Assembly (NCBI GenBank): GCA_043228905.1
Contig: JBHGNT010000084.1
Span: 1-64,000, forward strand
Length of the DNA stretch: 64,000 nucleotides
DNA from: Azolla caroliniana
Taxonomy: Eukaryota > Plantae > Polypodiophyta
Reading direction: 5' to 3'
How positions within the stretch are numbered: the stretch's first letter is position 1; the number at the start of each line of letters is the position of its first letter. Positions 11,641 through 25,725 of this stretch are shown here, one piece after another. The notes under the pieces are model-generated. The model was not told the origin of the DNA. It searched no databases and saw nothing but the letters and a program-made list of their open reading frames with translations. The translations under genes were made by a program, and so were the position numbers.

Positions 11641-13249
11641 GCTCGAGTGTTACGATCCCACCGCCTCCCCTTTATGTTATTCACGTAGCATGTTGACTTT
11701 CTAATCACTTCTCTTGGTGAATTAAAAGTGGGATCTAGTGGAATATGTACTTGCTTGCTTTGACTCTCCCTGCCCCCTCCCTCCCCCAAGGCCCCACTTC
11801 GGAATCCATTAGCTCCCAAACATCATGCATGGCACCACATTCCAGCTCCTCAACTAAATTGAATGCCGACACTACATGCTAGCATTCAGTTTCGGTTCCT
11901 CCCATGTGCTAAGTGACCACCAGTTTTGGCAATTGTTCTAAAATAGCCCCTCCTTCCTTAGAAAAGGAGTTGGTTTCCAAAACACCGATTAGAGATTGGT
12001 TAGATGTTATTGCAAGGTGCCACCGCTAACTTTGTCACTTCCTTTTAATCACCTTCAATCAGCTAGGATATTCAAATATTTGAGGAGATTGAGAGGACAA
12101 AACACATAATATGCATTCAAATAATAGCAATGAGGGCCCAACTAGACTAATTGTAGAAGACAAAAAAGCAACATAGGGTCAATGAAAATTGTAGTGCCAA
12201 AAAGGGGGGTTATCACATGGGTGTTTGCTTGCGGGGCCAAGACTATTAAGACAAGCACATTGCAAATGAGAAATTACATGGAGATCTACCATGGGCCCTA
12301 GATTGTTAAAACTTAAGACTCAAGCACAACAAAGAGAGGAACAATATGGAGGTTTACCTAGGGTTTGAGAATGTTTAGGGTGAAGCACCACGAATGGTGG
12401 AAACCTTACATAGGGATCCACCAAGAGGAAAGCTACCCATGATTCTGAAATGACCCACGACCAAGTATGGGGCACCTAGAAATGGCAAAAGACTTAGGAG
12501 CAGTTCGACACCAATTTATCATGTGAAAGTGCCAAAGAGTAGGTTAGAGTGCAACACCTAGAATTAAATCGACAACGTCTTGTGATGCCAAAAGGACAAT
12601 ATCAAGCTCGAACCAAGCAACAAAACATGTGAAAGGTTCCTACACCTACTCTCAGGCACCTTGAAATCCGAAAGGGCCCACTTTGATGTGTGGCCATCAT
12701 ATTTCAAAAACATTCTTGATATAGCAACACAAACCATGGAAAGCATAGATATTTTCCAACACTTCTCGTCTACTTAATGAATGCCAATATGGGATAGAAC
12801 GTATTCCTAAGCAAGTGCAATGTATGGTAAAACATGACATGCACCTTGTTTTTATTTGTTCATTTCGACTGTGATATTTCTTTTTCTTTCCAAGTGTGGA
12901 CCATTCACACTTATTGAAAACCCTCATTATGAGTACAACTAGTTCTTTGGCCACTTGTCCCTTAGTAGATTCCTTATCCTAGATTAATGAACTAAATAGC
13001 ATGATCCCATAACATAGATTTAGTCAAAATCCATTTAGGAACAACTTCTCAACCACACATCCAATATAACTATTTGGTATGTGCCTTCTTTAGTTTCCTA
13101 CTTTACCTGAAGCCTTTTTTAATGTTAGCCTCAAACCACGTCCTGAATATAGGCATTGGACTTCCTTCATCAAACTTTACTTTTGGCGTGTGTGCATGTT
13201 GTTTATCTATGAGTCCCATCCTTTATTTTTTCTAGCACTATTTAATTAT

Positions 13250-14000
13250 AGTTATATTGTAGATGCATTCGGTGCGTAGTCATAAGAATATTATCATTTG
13301 CCTATCAAGCTTTGCACTACCTCTAGCTCGATTTAAGTTTATGGGAACCATACAAACTCAAAGAAAGATTGATGTCATTCTAAAGAGTAGTTATAGAAGC
13401 AACAACTAACTTGTACTTGGTGATGCTCCTTGATGTAGGGATGAGACCCATTAAACTAGAGGGGTTTTGATTAGATTTCACATGTACATGGCTAAAGTAA
13501 AAGTCCTAGAGATATGTTTCATAGCATTCCATGTTTGTAATGCTGGCAAAAAAAACAAATAGAATTGTAAGAATTTTGGTTGTGCACACGATACATAGAT
13601 GGTTCAAGCGATGGAATATGGTGACAATATGTTGAGTTACCAACTAATGGCCATCAAATTGTGCCTTATAGAAGCAATTGTGGTCAAACGGAATGGGATA
13701 ATGAAAACCGGATATATTGTTACACCCACACAAACCTAGCTTGTTGGGACATGTACAAAGAAACAATAGCCACAATTGACCACCTTTCGTATTCCAATGC
13801 CATTTACTTTGAGAACATCCTCTTCCACACTCATATCACAATCTTGAAGTTGAGAATTCAGCTTGGAGAAGAATAGGTTGAGAAAACCATATCTATACAC
13901 AGATAGATAGATAGATGACCACAAGTGGCCGTATCTCTGTCCCAACTAAGGAGACATTCATGTTATTGGCGTTTGGAGGATATTAACATATCACCCTTCA
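13250..14000 (+). mobile_element. Decayed LINE (RTE/CR1-like) 3' fragment
   Basis: Around 13840-13950 the frame reads NLEVENSAWRRI...DDHKWPYLCP, resembling the C-terminal CCHC-type motif of LINE ORF2. Confidence 0.35.
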
Positions 14001-15289
14001 TTATTTTCCCTTTCTCCTTCACTCTTTAATTCCTTACTATCTTTGCAAGCCATACCACTACCCTTCATAAAGTTTCGTATGTTCATACTATTCATTCTAA
14101 CTTTGGAAAAATGTTTACATTTTATGATACTTCTTTACATTCATAAAACATAATTAGTATCAAGATTTCCATTTGGATCAATGTATAATTAGTGGGAACC
14201 TCACTTGAGGGTTGGTTGACATTTTGTTTTGGATATTGAGAGGTTTATTTGTTTTTGGTCTTTTTGGACGTGGACCCAAAGACATTGAATTTTAGATACA
14301 AACATGACCAAGGCCACAATCTCCCATTCACTCATAATATAAACATAAACGGAAATTGAGTCCAAGATCAAGAGTTATGGACAGAATACAAACCAACTTT
14401 TTCAAGTGTTTGCATCCCTAACTTGCATTTTGCTTGTACATTTTGAGAATTTTGGTTTCGTGTTTACTTTTTGCATTTGAAGAAGTTATAAAAAAGAGAA
14501 TATGGCCATATTTGAGAGCTTTTTGAGTGGGAACTTTTAGAGTTCATTTGACAACTTTTGGGAGAAGAGTTTTTGGGTAGCTTTACTAGACAAGAGTTTC
14601 ATGATGGAGAAGTTCTTTTGGATGGATGGATTGGTTTGCAAAATAAGTTGGAGCCAATTGAAGTTGTGAAGTTGTTGCATCGACGTTAACAAACTCCCAT
14701 GAAGGGGTAGTTTTGACCAGAAGTTGTGCCTAATTCAACTTCGGATTATAGGATGTTTCGGTCTTACGCTTTAGTGTTCTCGTTATGCTTGTCACTTTGT
14801 TTTTCATCATCTTTCCCATCGTGAATGTCATCAAACATATGTTGTTGGAAGTCCTAGTGGAATGTAATATATATATATATATATATATATGGGCTATAAA
14901 GAAATATGAATAAGAAAGTGTGGTTGTTCACCACTCAGATGGACAACCTTTATAGTTCCTTTATATGCTAAGATTGGAAGCTTGTATTGTAGGCTTTGGA
15001 AACCCCAATAAATATACTCAACAACGATGCTAAAAGATTTGTAATATGTTTTGTTTTATAGCAACCCAAGATTTTACATGAATTTGATGAGTTGGCGAAC
15101 ATGTACCTCAACGGAATGGCAATTACACAAAGGTGCAAATAGTTGGCCATTATGCCAAAACAATGCAAATAATATGCAACCAAGAAAATCAAAGTTGTAC
15201 ATGAAAAAATTAACAAAAGAATAATATTTCAATTCACATTATTGCTCAAAAGTTAGTACTTGAGGAAAACAAGATTGTGTATGGTGCTA

Positions 15290-16150
15290 CGGATGGAGTA
15301 TGAGATCATAAATTGTGAACGCTCTAGTACTTGGGGAAGTTGCTCATTCAAGGACGGCAGTGGAGAAGTCGATAGGCAATGAGGAGGGATCCTTGATTCC
15401 AAGAGGTAGGGAAACACCGTATACTATCCAAGGCCACAAACTACAAGACAAAGTGGAAGCAACAACAGTGAACATGGCAGTTTGAGTGCTTGCATATACA
15501 GGTAGTAAGTGGATTGTAGATCTAGACCCAGTCAAAGTACAACCAGGGTGGCAAATATGTGTTCATGAAAACCCATGACTATGTAAGGTCAGTTGGGACC
15601 GTTTTCAATGGATGTGGCGTGATCCACATGGGGGACAAGGTAACAAAGTTATCCCCTTCTTCCAATTCACGACCAAATTGGGTCACCACAATCCTAGCTA
15701 CTCAAACCAATAGAGAACCAACTATTGCAAAGATATGGCACATATATCATGTCCCCCCTATGATTATTGACAAGTTTTGGCAACAATTATGGAAACAACA
15801 AGAAGCTAGGCAAATTACCACGCTTCAATGGTTATTAATATATAGGTCATTGTTGGTCAGAGCATGGCAACAAGAGAACCTTTGTTCCTAATTGTGTAGC
15901 ATACCCCCTATGAAATAAAATCAATCCAACATGTTCTGTATGACTGCCCAAAGACTCGTCAAATATGGAGGGGGTTGACCGAATATTGCAATTATGCAAG
16001 GTGCAAGGCTCAATCAAGTGGGGAAATGTAAGTTGGTCATCCTAGCAACCCCCAATCGATAGATATGAACATCAAGAGGAGGGGATGACATTGGTGATAA
16101 AGGCGCTTGAGATCTTGTTTTCCACCATCGACAATGTTCACTCAACTCAC
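15290..16150 (+). mobile_element. L1-like LINE 3' fragment, copy 2
   Basis: 15760-16140 aligns with 4270-4660 (e.g. GCTAGGCAAATTACCAC, CCTAATTGTGTAGCAT, GGTGCAAGGC.CAATCAAGTGGGGAAAT, TTTTCCACCATCGACAAT). Confidence 0.7.
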
Positions 16151-19100
16151 ATGAATGCCAAAGATCAGGTTCTGATGGAATGACAGTGTATACTACCTTT
16201 CTTGAGTAATTGTAGACAACTCGGAAAAGCCTTTTAAACCTCTGGGTTTTTTCTATCATTACATGCACTGAAATGAGATAATTAAAACCTTGTGATTTAT
16301 ATCACCCAACTGAATAATAATGTCCTTGATTACGGTTTGTTTAACATGTTGATTCTCAAAGTTCTCACATATATGTGAAGAATAAATCAAGAAAAATTGT
16401 ACAAAAAATTCAAATGAATGAACAAAAAATAGCCCCATCAATAAAAAGCTAGATAATAGTAAGTCACATAGACACTCTATTCATAACATTCCAAGAAAAC
16501 ATCCCTTGGTAGCTTCGATGGCCTGGCTGCAAAACATAGTCTCCTTAAATTTTCGCTCTCCTCGAATGTCTATTTAACAAATGTTTTTTGTTGTTGAAAG
16601 CATGTGTACATATATTTCTTCAAAGATGGAAACATGAAATCTTAACTAGAAAGCATGTACTTTTTGAGTTGTGATCGTTTAAGGTCGAGTTTATAGAAGC
16701 ACATAATTTACAAAGTGATGATACATTGCTAAAAATCATGTTTACATGTAGGCATTTGGGTGTAATTTCAATTATGCGAATAACAACTTATGGAAAAGAA
16801 AGAATTGAAATCCTTGAGTTTGTTCCTCCTTTTAGGGGTGTTTGCATGTCTAGCCTTCATAGTTTGTCGTAGACAATGTTTTACTTATATAAATATATCT
16901 TATGCAATGAATAACGAACTTTTTAGAATTTAGTTATAATGAACCAAAAAACTCTCAACTAGCTAGCTCCTTTCATTTTCTCCCAATGGCCCTAAATCCT
17001 CAACATTTTTGCATATGCTTTTGAATTAGTTGTGGTTTGTCGATATCTCTTATTAGAACTTTAACATTGCCATCAAGGTAGAAAGGAAATAATATTGACA
17101 CCCATGATTGATGATGATGATGGTTGGAGTCTGGAGAAGAAGGCTTTGGCTTGTAGTATTGTTAGTGACATCATACAAGCATGCATGTATATCCAAGAAA
17201 TTGAGTAGTGGTTCTAGAGGATGACCACTCCTTTCATTTTAAGGAATCGGAAAAATAACACCACGATAACGATGCATGAAGATATTTGTGTGCAACAATA
17301 AGAGAAAAGGACATCAATTAATTAAAAATGCCTAGACGATGTTGTTTTTACCTTACTAGCCTTTATTAAAAATGATGCTTATTTTGCGTTTGAGTTAGTT
17401 GATATGTTCTTATAAGCATAATTTCCAAGTTGATTCTTAGTATAACGTAATCATACAATCATACACGAAGTGGGACACGATGCTTGAGCTAAAAAATCCT
17501 TTCTAGAAATTGGCTTATAAATTTCCACACCTAAAACATTTAATTATCTTAAGACTAGTACTTAATATATATTGTTCTAAATCACTTCCATTTTTTTCAT
17601 AAACTCCAGTGATAGGGCCCAAAGTTCTTTGATTCATTGCTTGTCAACATACAATTTCTTTCCCAAAGTCTTGAAACTCAAGTACACATCCTTACGATAT
17701 CTTCATTGCAAATTGCAAAGGTTATTTATCAACATTTTCTAGGTTTGTTGGCACAAATGCCATGATTCCACTTCCATTTTTCTCGATGGTGACGAGTAGT
17801 AATTTGCGGCATATAACTAAATCTAGGATATATCGTGGATAACTTTTCATGAGAAATTTCATGGTAGAAAACTTCCAAATTACACTTAACCTTGAACATA
17901 AATATGTTGGTATAAATTATCGTACTTTGAACTCCAAATCTCAATAAAGTAAAACTTTGACATATCCCATTTTCGTGGGGGTTGCTTTGAATTCATTTTC
18001 TCACGAAGTATGAGGTTAAGGAAATTTTATATGATTCTCCTCTCATTTTGTCAAGATTATACCTTGAGCATATTACAAGTCTATGGTATGTAATTTGTAT
18101 ATTACAATTGGAACATATTATTCATGCAATTTGGGTAATTTTATCATAATCCTTTAGTTGCATGTTGTTCAAGATATATCATATACATGTGCTTACAATC
18201 CAAAAGGCCCAAACTTACATGCCTAAACATAGCATATTAACACCAAAGAGTGCTCCTACGAAAGCAAATACTAGTTATGAACATATTATTTGTAACACAT
18301 ACGTTAGTGAAGTCAACTTGACCAACATCAACATGCACTTCGAAATCCAGCTAGTACATCAATTGTCAAACACATTAATCATAATACCTTGAAATTGTAA
18401 CCAAATAATGTTTATTTACTACCGTGTCACTAGTTCTTGATATTTCTCCTTCCTAAAATAGTCTTTTCAAGACTCGGAAACATAAAACATCAAGATGGTG
18501 GTGCTTACGAGATGTGTGGGTTGGTAATATCAATACATAAACCCCCCTATTGTGTGCGTGCAACACATCAACCCAAATCCATATCCAAAGGTCACATTAT
18601 GAAAGTGATTCACTTGAGCTAGAAAAAGAACCCCTCACATGCATGCTTTTATGCATTGATCATTTGTAGCGCCTTTTTCGCATTCAATAATGTAATTCTT
18701 GGTCAATCTTTTAGTTCTCCATAACAAAACCTCAACCTGTTCTTGTTGACATTGCAAATAAAATGGGAAATATATATAATCATGGGAAATCATCATAAAA
18801 CCATAACGTTTTTGAAATAATCAGAAGGATCATTTCTTTATCCAAAAGTAACGAATACCAAAGCAGTAAATTAATTGACAACCAAAATGTTACTACTTGT
18901 CAACACTACCTAACAACCAAACGAATGTAATTTTTAACACGCATTACTTTCTTCGATGCGCAATTAATCATGAAAGTAATCCACCAGCTTTTCATGTATT
19001 GGTTTTGTTTGGGGGCATACCATCTTTCACACTTTGATTATCCATTGGTCATGTAAACCATATTTGATGGTTGCGTAATGAGTCACACTAGTCCGACGTG

Positions 19101-19202
19101 AAAAAAACTTGGTCACAATTAAGATATAGTTGGGTCGAAATTCTACATTTCATCACATATGGGATAAGGAGTTTCGAGACATACATACACACACATATAC
19201 AC

Positions 19203-21303
19203 TGACGAGTATCTTTGCACCCAAATCATAATGAGGCCTGACAAGGGAACCACAACCACGAACGGTGTAGGGCGTGTGCGATCTACACCATTAGATCTTT
19301 ATCCAAAAAAAGCACACCATCAAACAATCTTACTTTTGGGATCTCGAGTAGCCTGACCATCTAAATCTTAGTTGGTTGGCTCAAATTAGTTGCTCGACTT
19401 GACACTCTGCAGTCGTCTGACTCAAAGGCAAGAGCCCTATCATCTCAATCTCCCGACTCATAAAGGGAGCCCGACTTATAATTGTACTAGACTAAAACCA
19501 TGATGTTTGTCATTTTTCTCACATTTTTAGATGATAACCAAGATTTTAGGAGGGAAGAAGCCATCACCACCTAGACCTGCACATGTATCGCTACATGTTG
19601 AGTTGGGAGGTATTGGTTTCTATTTTTCCAAACATGCTTTGAGATTTTGGGAATGGATTTACTGGTTTTGATTATTTGAAAAGAGCCAAAGGGAATTAAT
19701 GAAAACATTATTGTAATATTCTCTTCAGCTGCTATCAAAATAAATTGTTCAGTCAAAAAGCTCCTTGTAAAAGCTATCTAACATGATAAACGGGTTTCAT
19801 GAAAAGCTCCCTGTTTTGGGTACAGGTTTTGCAAGAAAAAGGTACTAGAAGCAACGTATTGCCCAAGATGGAGGTTAAAAACATCACGGAGGTGGCAAAG
19901 GTAGAGACCAATGAGATTGTGAACCCCATATCAGAACATGAACCATCAATTTTGGATGCTCCTCCAAAAGGTGAGTTGATGTACATCCTTGTAATCCAGC
20001 TTATAGTTATGTATAAATTGGTTTATTCTAATGCATGTGTCACACTAGATTTAGGTGACCCACTCTCGCTCTTTAAGTGTTGCTGAGATTAGGTAGGGAT
20101 CAAATATCAAACATGTATAGTGTTTGAGTTATGCCGACTAGTCCAACGGTGGTTTAGGAAGAAATCTAACATGGAGACACATTTGCAAAAGGCATACGTC
20201 GTTGATGTAGTGCTTCCAAGGGGCTAAAGATGGAAAAAGAGGTGGAATCGACTCTAGGAAAGACTAATGGTCCATCATTCTTCAGCGACTATGAAAGGCA
20301 ATGGTCAATAAAACATTTTTTGGATCTTGAGGTAAAATACATTAGATCTCATCAATCATATCAGAGAGCGCTTAAACAATACTATGTTATTCTGAAAGAA
20401 CTTCGAGCTTGCACGGAGTCAAAATTTGTTGCCAATATCACATGTGATGAGATGACAATATACGATTAAACAAAGAACCACTGGATGGAGATGCTGAAAT
20501 TAAAGATTGTTTCTAGATATGAATATTATGTAAGTATGAATCTGAAATTGATGACTATGGCTTTATGAATATGTTCATTCCAATCTTCGATATTTTAGTG
20601 TAAGACTCACGGGCTTGCGAAGATGATGAGGGTTTATGAACTTATTGTGGACATAACCAATCGTTTGAATCGACACCAAAAGGTAAGCATTTACTTGGAA
20701 TTCATATGATCATTGAGAGGCATATGTCATCCCTATGTGGATCGCTACCATATATAGATCATGTAGCCCAAATGCAAATGGATGATATCGCAAAAAATAG
20801 ATGAAGAGACGGAGCTAGAAACATTTGACATGGAATCATGGAAGTATCAACTACAAATGGTTGAGAGAAGCTACTTAATGGCTCAAGGAAGGGATAGGAT
20901 CCTTCAAAAATGTTTTTGTTGAGCATTGTATGGAAACATTGAGATATTTGTCGCAAAAGGTGTATGGTTTAGGTGCACCGAAATCAACCAATGAGGTAGG
21001 CACAATAATAAGTTAAAAGCCACAAATTGGCGTGAAAATAGGAGCGACACTTGACATTTCGCAATAACTTATTGGTACCTTCCCAAACACTTCCAAATCC
21101 CATGACCGGAAGAATATAGAGTCGGGCTCCTGTCCTAAGTCGGTCGGGGTCCTGCAGTTAGAGAGTTAGGCTATTGGTGATGTCAGACTCGGGCTATCAG
21201 AAACTCTCGCGCTTTTTTGAATAAAAAATTGATGGTGCAGATCACACGCAACCGTGATTCCTCACGAGGCCTCTTTATGATATGGGTGCACATAGACATG
21301 AGC
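19203..21303 (+). mobile_element. Non-autonomous Mutator-like element (MULE-A), ~2.1 kb, older relative of MULE-B
   Basis: Imperfect ~110-bp TIRs (left TGCACCCAAATCATAATGAGGCCT...GATCTACACCAT...; right ...ATGGTGCAGATC...AGGCCTCTTTATGATATGGGTGCA). Degenerate 9-bp TSD CATATACAC (19194-19202) / CATACAGAC (21304-21312). GAGCCCGACT subterminal motifs. Internal SFFSDYERQWSIKHFLDLEVKY is homologous to MULE-B, and 20970-21110 is homologous to 25415-25560. Confidence 0.8.
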
Positions 21304-22381
21304 CATACAGACATACATAATGCATACGTACATATGTACGTATGTACGTACATACATACCTACGTACATGCATACATACATAGTACACACATCGACATGT
21401 CTAACTACTACCAAATATTTATGAGGGCAAGTGAGGGAATCGCAGAGAGGGACGGTGCATGTCGCTAGATGAGAGCGCATACGATTTGCACCGTCCAATG
21501 TGGATGAAGAAAAAGTGCAAAAAAGTGCGCCATCAAAAGTTCTCTTTTTGGGGAGCCCGTCTCACTAAAGAATGAGCCCGACTCATTGTGAAAAGGAGCC
21601 CGACTCATTAGTTTGTGATGAGTATAAAAACCCATATACCTATCATTTTTTCCTGTTTTCAAATAGGAAGCCAGAGGTTTAGGGTTTAGGCATCTTCAGC
21701 GAGGCGCACCACCTGTTGTCCTGTTGTCGAGAGGTATGTATCACCAGACTTTGTGGAGGTTATACCTTCGAGTTTTGTGTTTGAAATCATATTTTCCTCG
21801 CAATTGGAATCCATATTATTATTGACCTCCACAACATGCTAGAGTAAAAATCTTGATAAGATAATATGGAATCATATTTAGAATCTTGATAAGATAATAT
21901 GGAATCCATATTAATATGAAACAGAGTAAGAAGAAAAAAGACCTGAACCTTTCAATCATGTACTGCTTGGGTGGGTTGCACAAATGTGAGTTGCACAAAT
22001 TGGTGGTTTTTGAAGATGGCATGTGTTTTGTACAGATGGCTAGTCGGTCCAAGACCTTCATAGACTTTAATGCGGATTGGGGTGAAACAATACCCTATGA
22101 AGGGAGGTATGGCCTGAATCATTTCTCAACTATATATTCTGTATAAATAGTGATGTTTGTGTGCTAACTTGAATGATGGTTTAGGGTTTTTGTAAGAAAG
22201 GGTGCTAGGTGCCCCAAATCCAACGATATGGATGTTGAAAACATCATTACTGAAGACTCGAACATGGATACGAACCCCATACATGACGTGGGGCCAGGTG
22301 TTGAAGATATCAAACTTGTAATCATTATTGAAGTAAGTATATATTGGGTTTTTCTAATGCAAATGTCACACCATTGTTGTA

Positions 22382-22860
22382 GTGGACCCTATGTCCCTCT
22401 TCAACTATGGAAGAGACTCGACAGGTATCAAATGTCGCAAATGTATCGTTGGAGATTCATGTAGAAAAGAGGTACGATGGTTTCACAAAAAAGTTGACAT
22501 GGAGGCTCACTTACAGAAGGCACATGGCATCCGTGTAATACTGCCTCGGGGGCTAAAGATAGAAGAAGAAGAGCAATCAGCCTACATGAGGAGCACAACC
22601 ACATCATTCTTTAGCCACTACGAAAGACAACGATCAATAAAGCATTTTTTGGATCTGGAGCTAAAGTACAAAAGATCACGCCAATCACACATGAGGAAGT
22701 TGAGGACAAGAGCGATTAAGATCTTCAAAGCCAATCCGAACGCACTTCGAACATATTCGTCAGCCAAGAGATGGCTAGGTATGACGGAGGGGAAGGAGCA
22801 TAGGATGGCAAAATTGAAGTTCAAGATTGCAGTTGCGTCTGAAGCTTATGTAAGTATGGT
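22382..22860 (+). pseudogene. MULE accessory ORF exon with a C2H2-type zinc finger
   Basis: IKCRKCIVGDSCRKEVRWFHKKVDMEAHLQKAHG followed by a basic helical stretch; flanked by plausible splice sites (tgtAG at ~22382, GTAAGT at ~22850). A paralogous decayed copy lies in MULE-A (20090-20540). Confidence 0.6.
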
Positions 22861-23280
22861 TTATGATTATGTGTACATCTTATGTGAGTCTAAATCCAAT
22901 GTGCGAATGATTATGTGTGGATCTTATGTATGAATTTCAATGTAAGAATCATGAGCTTCCCATGCCAAAAGATGAGGGACATGTTGAGATCGATGGTGGT
23001 CAAGACCAACTGTCAGAATCAACAACCCGTCAACCAAGGAGGCCTAAAATCCAAATCCACAAGAAAAAAGAGTGGACCCTGGTAAATTGTCGTTCATTAC
23101 ATCATCTGACATAGATGAGGGTGCGGACATTGGGATTGTCTTTGTTGATCCTGGGACAATCACGAAAACATGGGATAACACAACAAGAAATAAGTTCACT
23201 AGGTATGTTGTTATGGTGGGGGCACGAGATCAATAGTTAGTTTCATGTTTTTTTTGTAGTTACTAATCTGGCCTAAACAG

Positions 23281-23890
23281 GTTTCAGGTGGCTTGCCGAC
23301 GACTAGATCTAGCGGTCTTTTTGACAGAGGCAGAACTATGTTTGTTGTGCACTGTAGGGGAGATGGCATCCACATGGATGATGACCCTCTTCCACTTATG
23401 GATGGAGTACTCGCTGCCCCCCGAGATCAACAAGCAGTTTCATATTGTGGATCCACTATGGGTACAACCATTTGATGGACAAAGTGATAAGGTAGAAGAC
23501 ATACTCACTCGGGTCCTTGAACGGGAATATGTCTTCATTCCAATATTGCACTCAGGGCATTGAGTGCTTTGCATGAAGATGCGACAGACTCCTACAGGTC
23601 TCGATGCCAAGGTGAGGAGCCCAATTGTTTTTTGCGATCCACTAAATAATCATCGGACTGCCGACATGAAGACATTGGGTGCTTTGGATGAAGATGCGAT
23701 AGACTCCTACAGGTCTCGATGCCAAGGTGAGGAGCCCAATTGTTTTTTGCGATTCACTAAATAATCATCGGACTGCCAACATGAAGACATTGGGTGATTT
23801 GGTTGTACGACATATCTCTAGTGCTAGAAGACGTGGAGCTCCTTCGGAAAATCATGGCAAAATGGTCACGAAGGACTCTGAGCTTAGGGT
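23281..23890 (+). pseudogene. Ulp1/SENP-like (peptidase C48) fragment within MULE-B
   Basis: FHIVDPLW...EREYVFIPILHSGH*VLCMK (catalytic-His motif with W->TGA) and IVFCDSLN (catalytic Asp). A ~118-bp internal tandem duplication spans ~23565-23797. The QxxxxDCG catalytic-Cys motif is not seen. Confidence 0.7.
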
Positions 23891-24136
23891 TATTTTAATC
23901 ACTAGCATTATGTACTTTGTAACATCAAACATATGATCTCGATGTACCATCTCATGTGGATTGCCAACTTTTTTGTAATATCAAATCAATATTTGAATCT
24001 CATTTTGGTTGTATACATTGAACCAATTTGATGAACATTCTGGTTGTGATTCTTATTATTTGAATCTCATTCTGGTTGTATATGACTCAATTTGAATGTC
24101 ATTTTGGTTAGTGTGTGACTCAATGTGAATCTTATT

Positions 24137-24252
24137 CAAAAGCAATGTACAATAATGCAATACTAGTCAATAATGGAGAAGGTATCAAAAGCAATGTACA
24201 ATAATGCAATACTAGTCAATAATGGAAAAGGTAGACAAAGCAATGTACAAGA
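24137..24252. repeat. 51-bp tandem repeat (2 full copies plus a partial) inside MULE-B
   Basis: CAAAAGCAATGTACAATAATGCAATACTAGTCAATAATGGA(G/A)AAGGTA repeated. Confidence 0.85.
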
Positions 24253-24577
24253 ATGTTATAGGAGGGAGCCCGACTGATTAATGAGGAGCCCGACTAATTA
24301 ATGAAGAGTCCGACTTGTTACAAAAGAGGGAGCCCGACTGATTAATGAGGAGCCCGATTGATTAATAGTCAAGTGCGCAACTACGTGTAATGATGGCAGT
24401 TCAATGATCATACTAACGACTACACTAAATTGATTCACCAAATTCAGTAGCATGCACTAAGAGGTAGACTTAGTCAGTAAGGGTTGAACTCATTCCCTTC
24501 CTTAGTCTATTAATCATTCGCACTCATTTCATTCACTCACATTCTCGATCGTTCACTAATAGCCCTAAACATTCCAT

Positions 24578-25725
24578 GTGTACGTTAGAATGAATGATGG
24601 TGTTGACAATGACACACTTACCATTTCAATATATGGACCTCATAGTGGTCATGTACCATGTAGTAGGTCGGATGTGTACCATTTGCCAATACACCCCAAT
24701 GTCATAAGTTGTTGCAAAGATGACCTATTTGATGTTGGGTGTGCAAGGCGTGTGGCACGAATGATCATGCGTAAGGAAGCATATCATAAGTCCAAGGCTA
24801 GTCCATTAGAGCTTGTTAGCTATCGGTTCTTTATGATACCAAAGGAGGTCCATAACATGGCAAATAGGTTAAAAATCGGGAGTGGCATGACTAAGGTTGA
24901 TTGGGCTTTGATGATGCAAGATGCCTATGCACTCCGAGATCCTGGGAAAGTGGCTCATGTTCAACCCTACCTGCCTGGTGAACCAGGATCTCCCGCCAGA
25001 TAACCATTTATCTTGATACTTCAAGATCAATGGATGTTGGAAATGTGTGAGTGGTTGACCCTAAACAATTCTTTGGCAATCGACTCGACATTTAAAACAA
25101 ACCAATTCGGGCTACCATTATATGCAGTTGTTGCCCCCAACACCATGGGAATTGGGATCCCATCATGGTACATGCTTTGTAGTTCTGATAAGGGGTCAAA
25201 CCATGAGCAAGTCGCATTAGAAACTTGTTTGAGAGTCATATTCACAAGGATGCCCACGGTGAGGCCAAATGCGATAGTGATTGATAAATGTTGGACATCA
25301 TATAATGCCATAACTAATGTGGTTGCAACAGACCGTCAATCTTGGATTGTTGTAAATGGGTAATGGTCGAAGGTATATAAACATTGGAAGATGTGGTTGA
25401 GAAGGTGTATCGCGTTGGTGCACCAAAATCAACCAATGAAGAAGATGGTAGATCAATAAGTCGCAACCAACAAATCGGTGCCAAAAGAAGTGCAACAATA
25501 GACATCTTGCAAGAACTTATTGGTAGCTCCCCAAACACTTCCAAATCCCACTCCGGAAAACTACAAAGAGGTGCAAGTCGAGCTAGGAGGCGATTGCCAA
25601 TATGTGACCATGAGAAGGTTCGGTGTTTGTGTTGCGATGGCTTGACGTTGACTTCAAGGGACTCGAATGTTACATGTTGTAAAAATTGTGGTTGCATCTT
25701 GCAATCATCCCAACATGAGCCATAA
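24578..25725 (+). pseudogene. MULE (MuDRA-type) DDE transposase remnant
   Basis: LAIDSTFKTNQFGLPLYAVVAPNTMGIGIPSWYML (first Asp) and RPNAIVIDKC (second Asp). In-frame stops at 25001-25003 and 25361-25363. The frame then jumps to a C-terminal CxxC...CxxC segment (RCLCCDG...CCKNCG), so the CxxH/E/SWIM region is deleted. Confidence 0.85.

Noticed and set aside
21401-21415. ACTACTACC terminus suggesting a CACTA element
   Set aside because: No CACTA/G start or 3-bp TSD; the 9-10-bp TSD and DSTFKTN transposase motif indicate Mutator.
24137-24366. Regularly spaced short repeats, superficially CRISPR-like
   Set aside because: Eukaryotic transposon interior; the spacers are themselves repeated and no cas genes are present.
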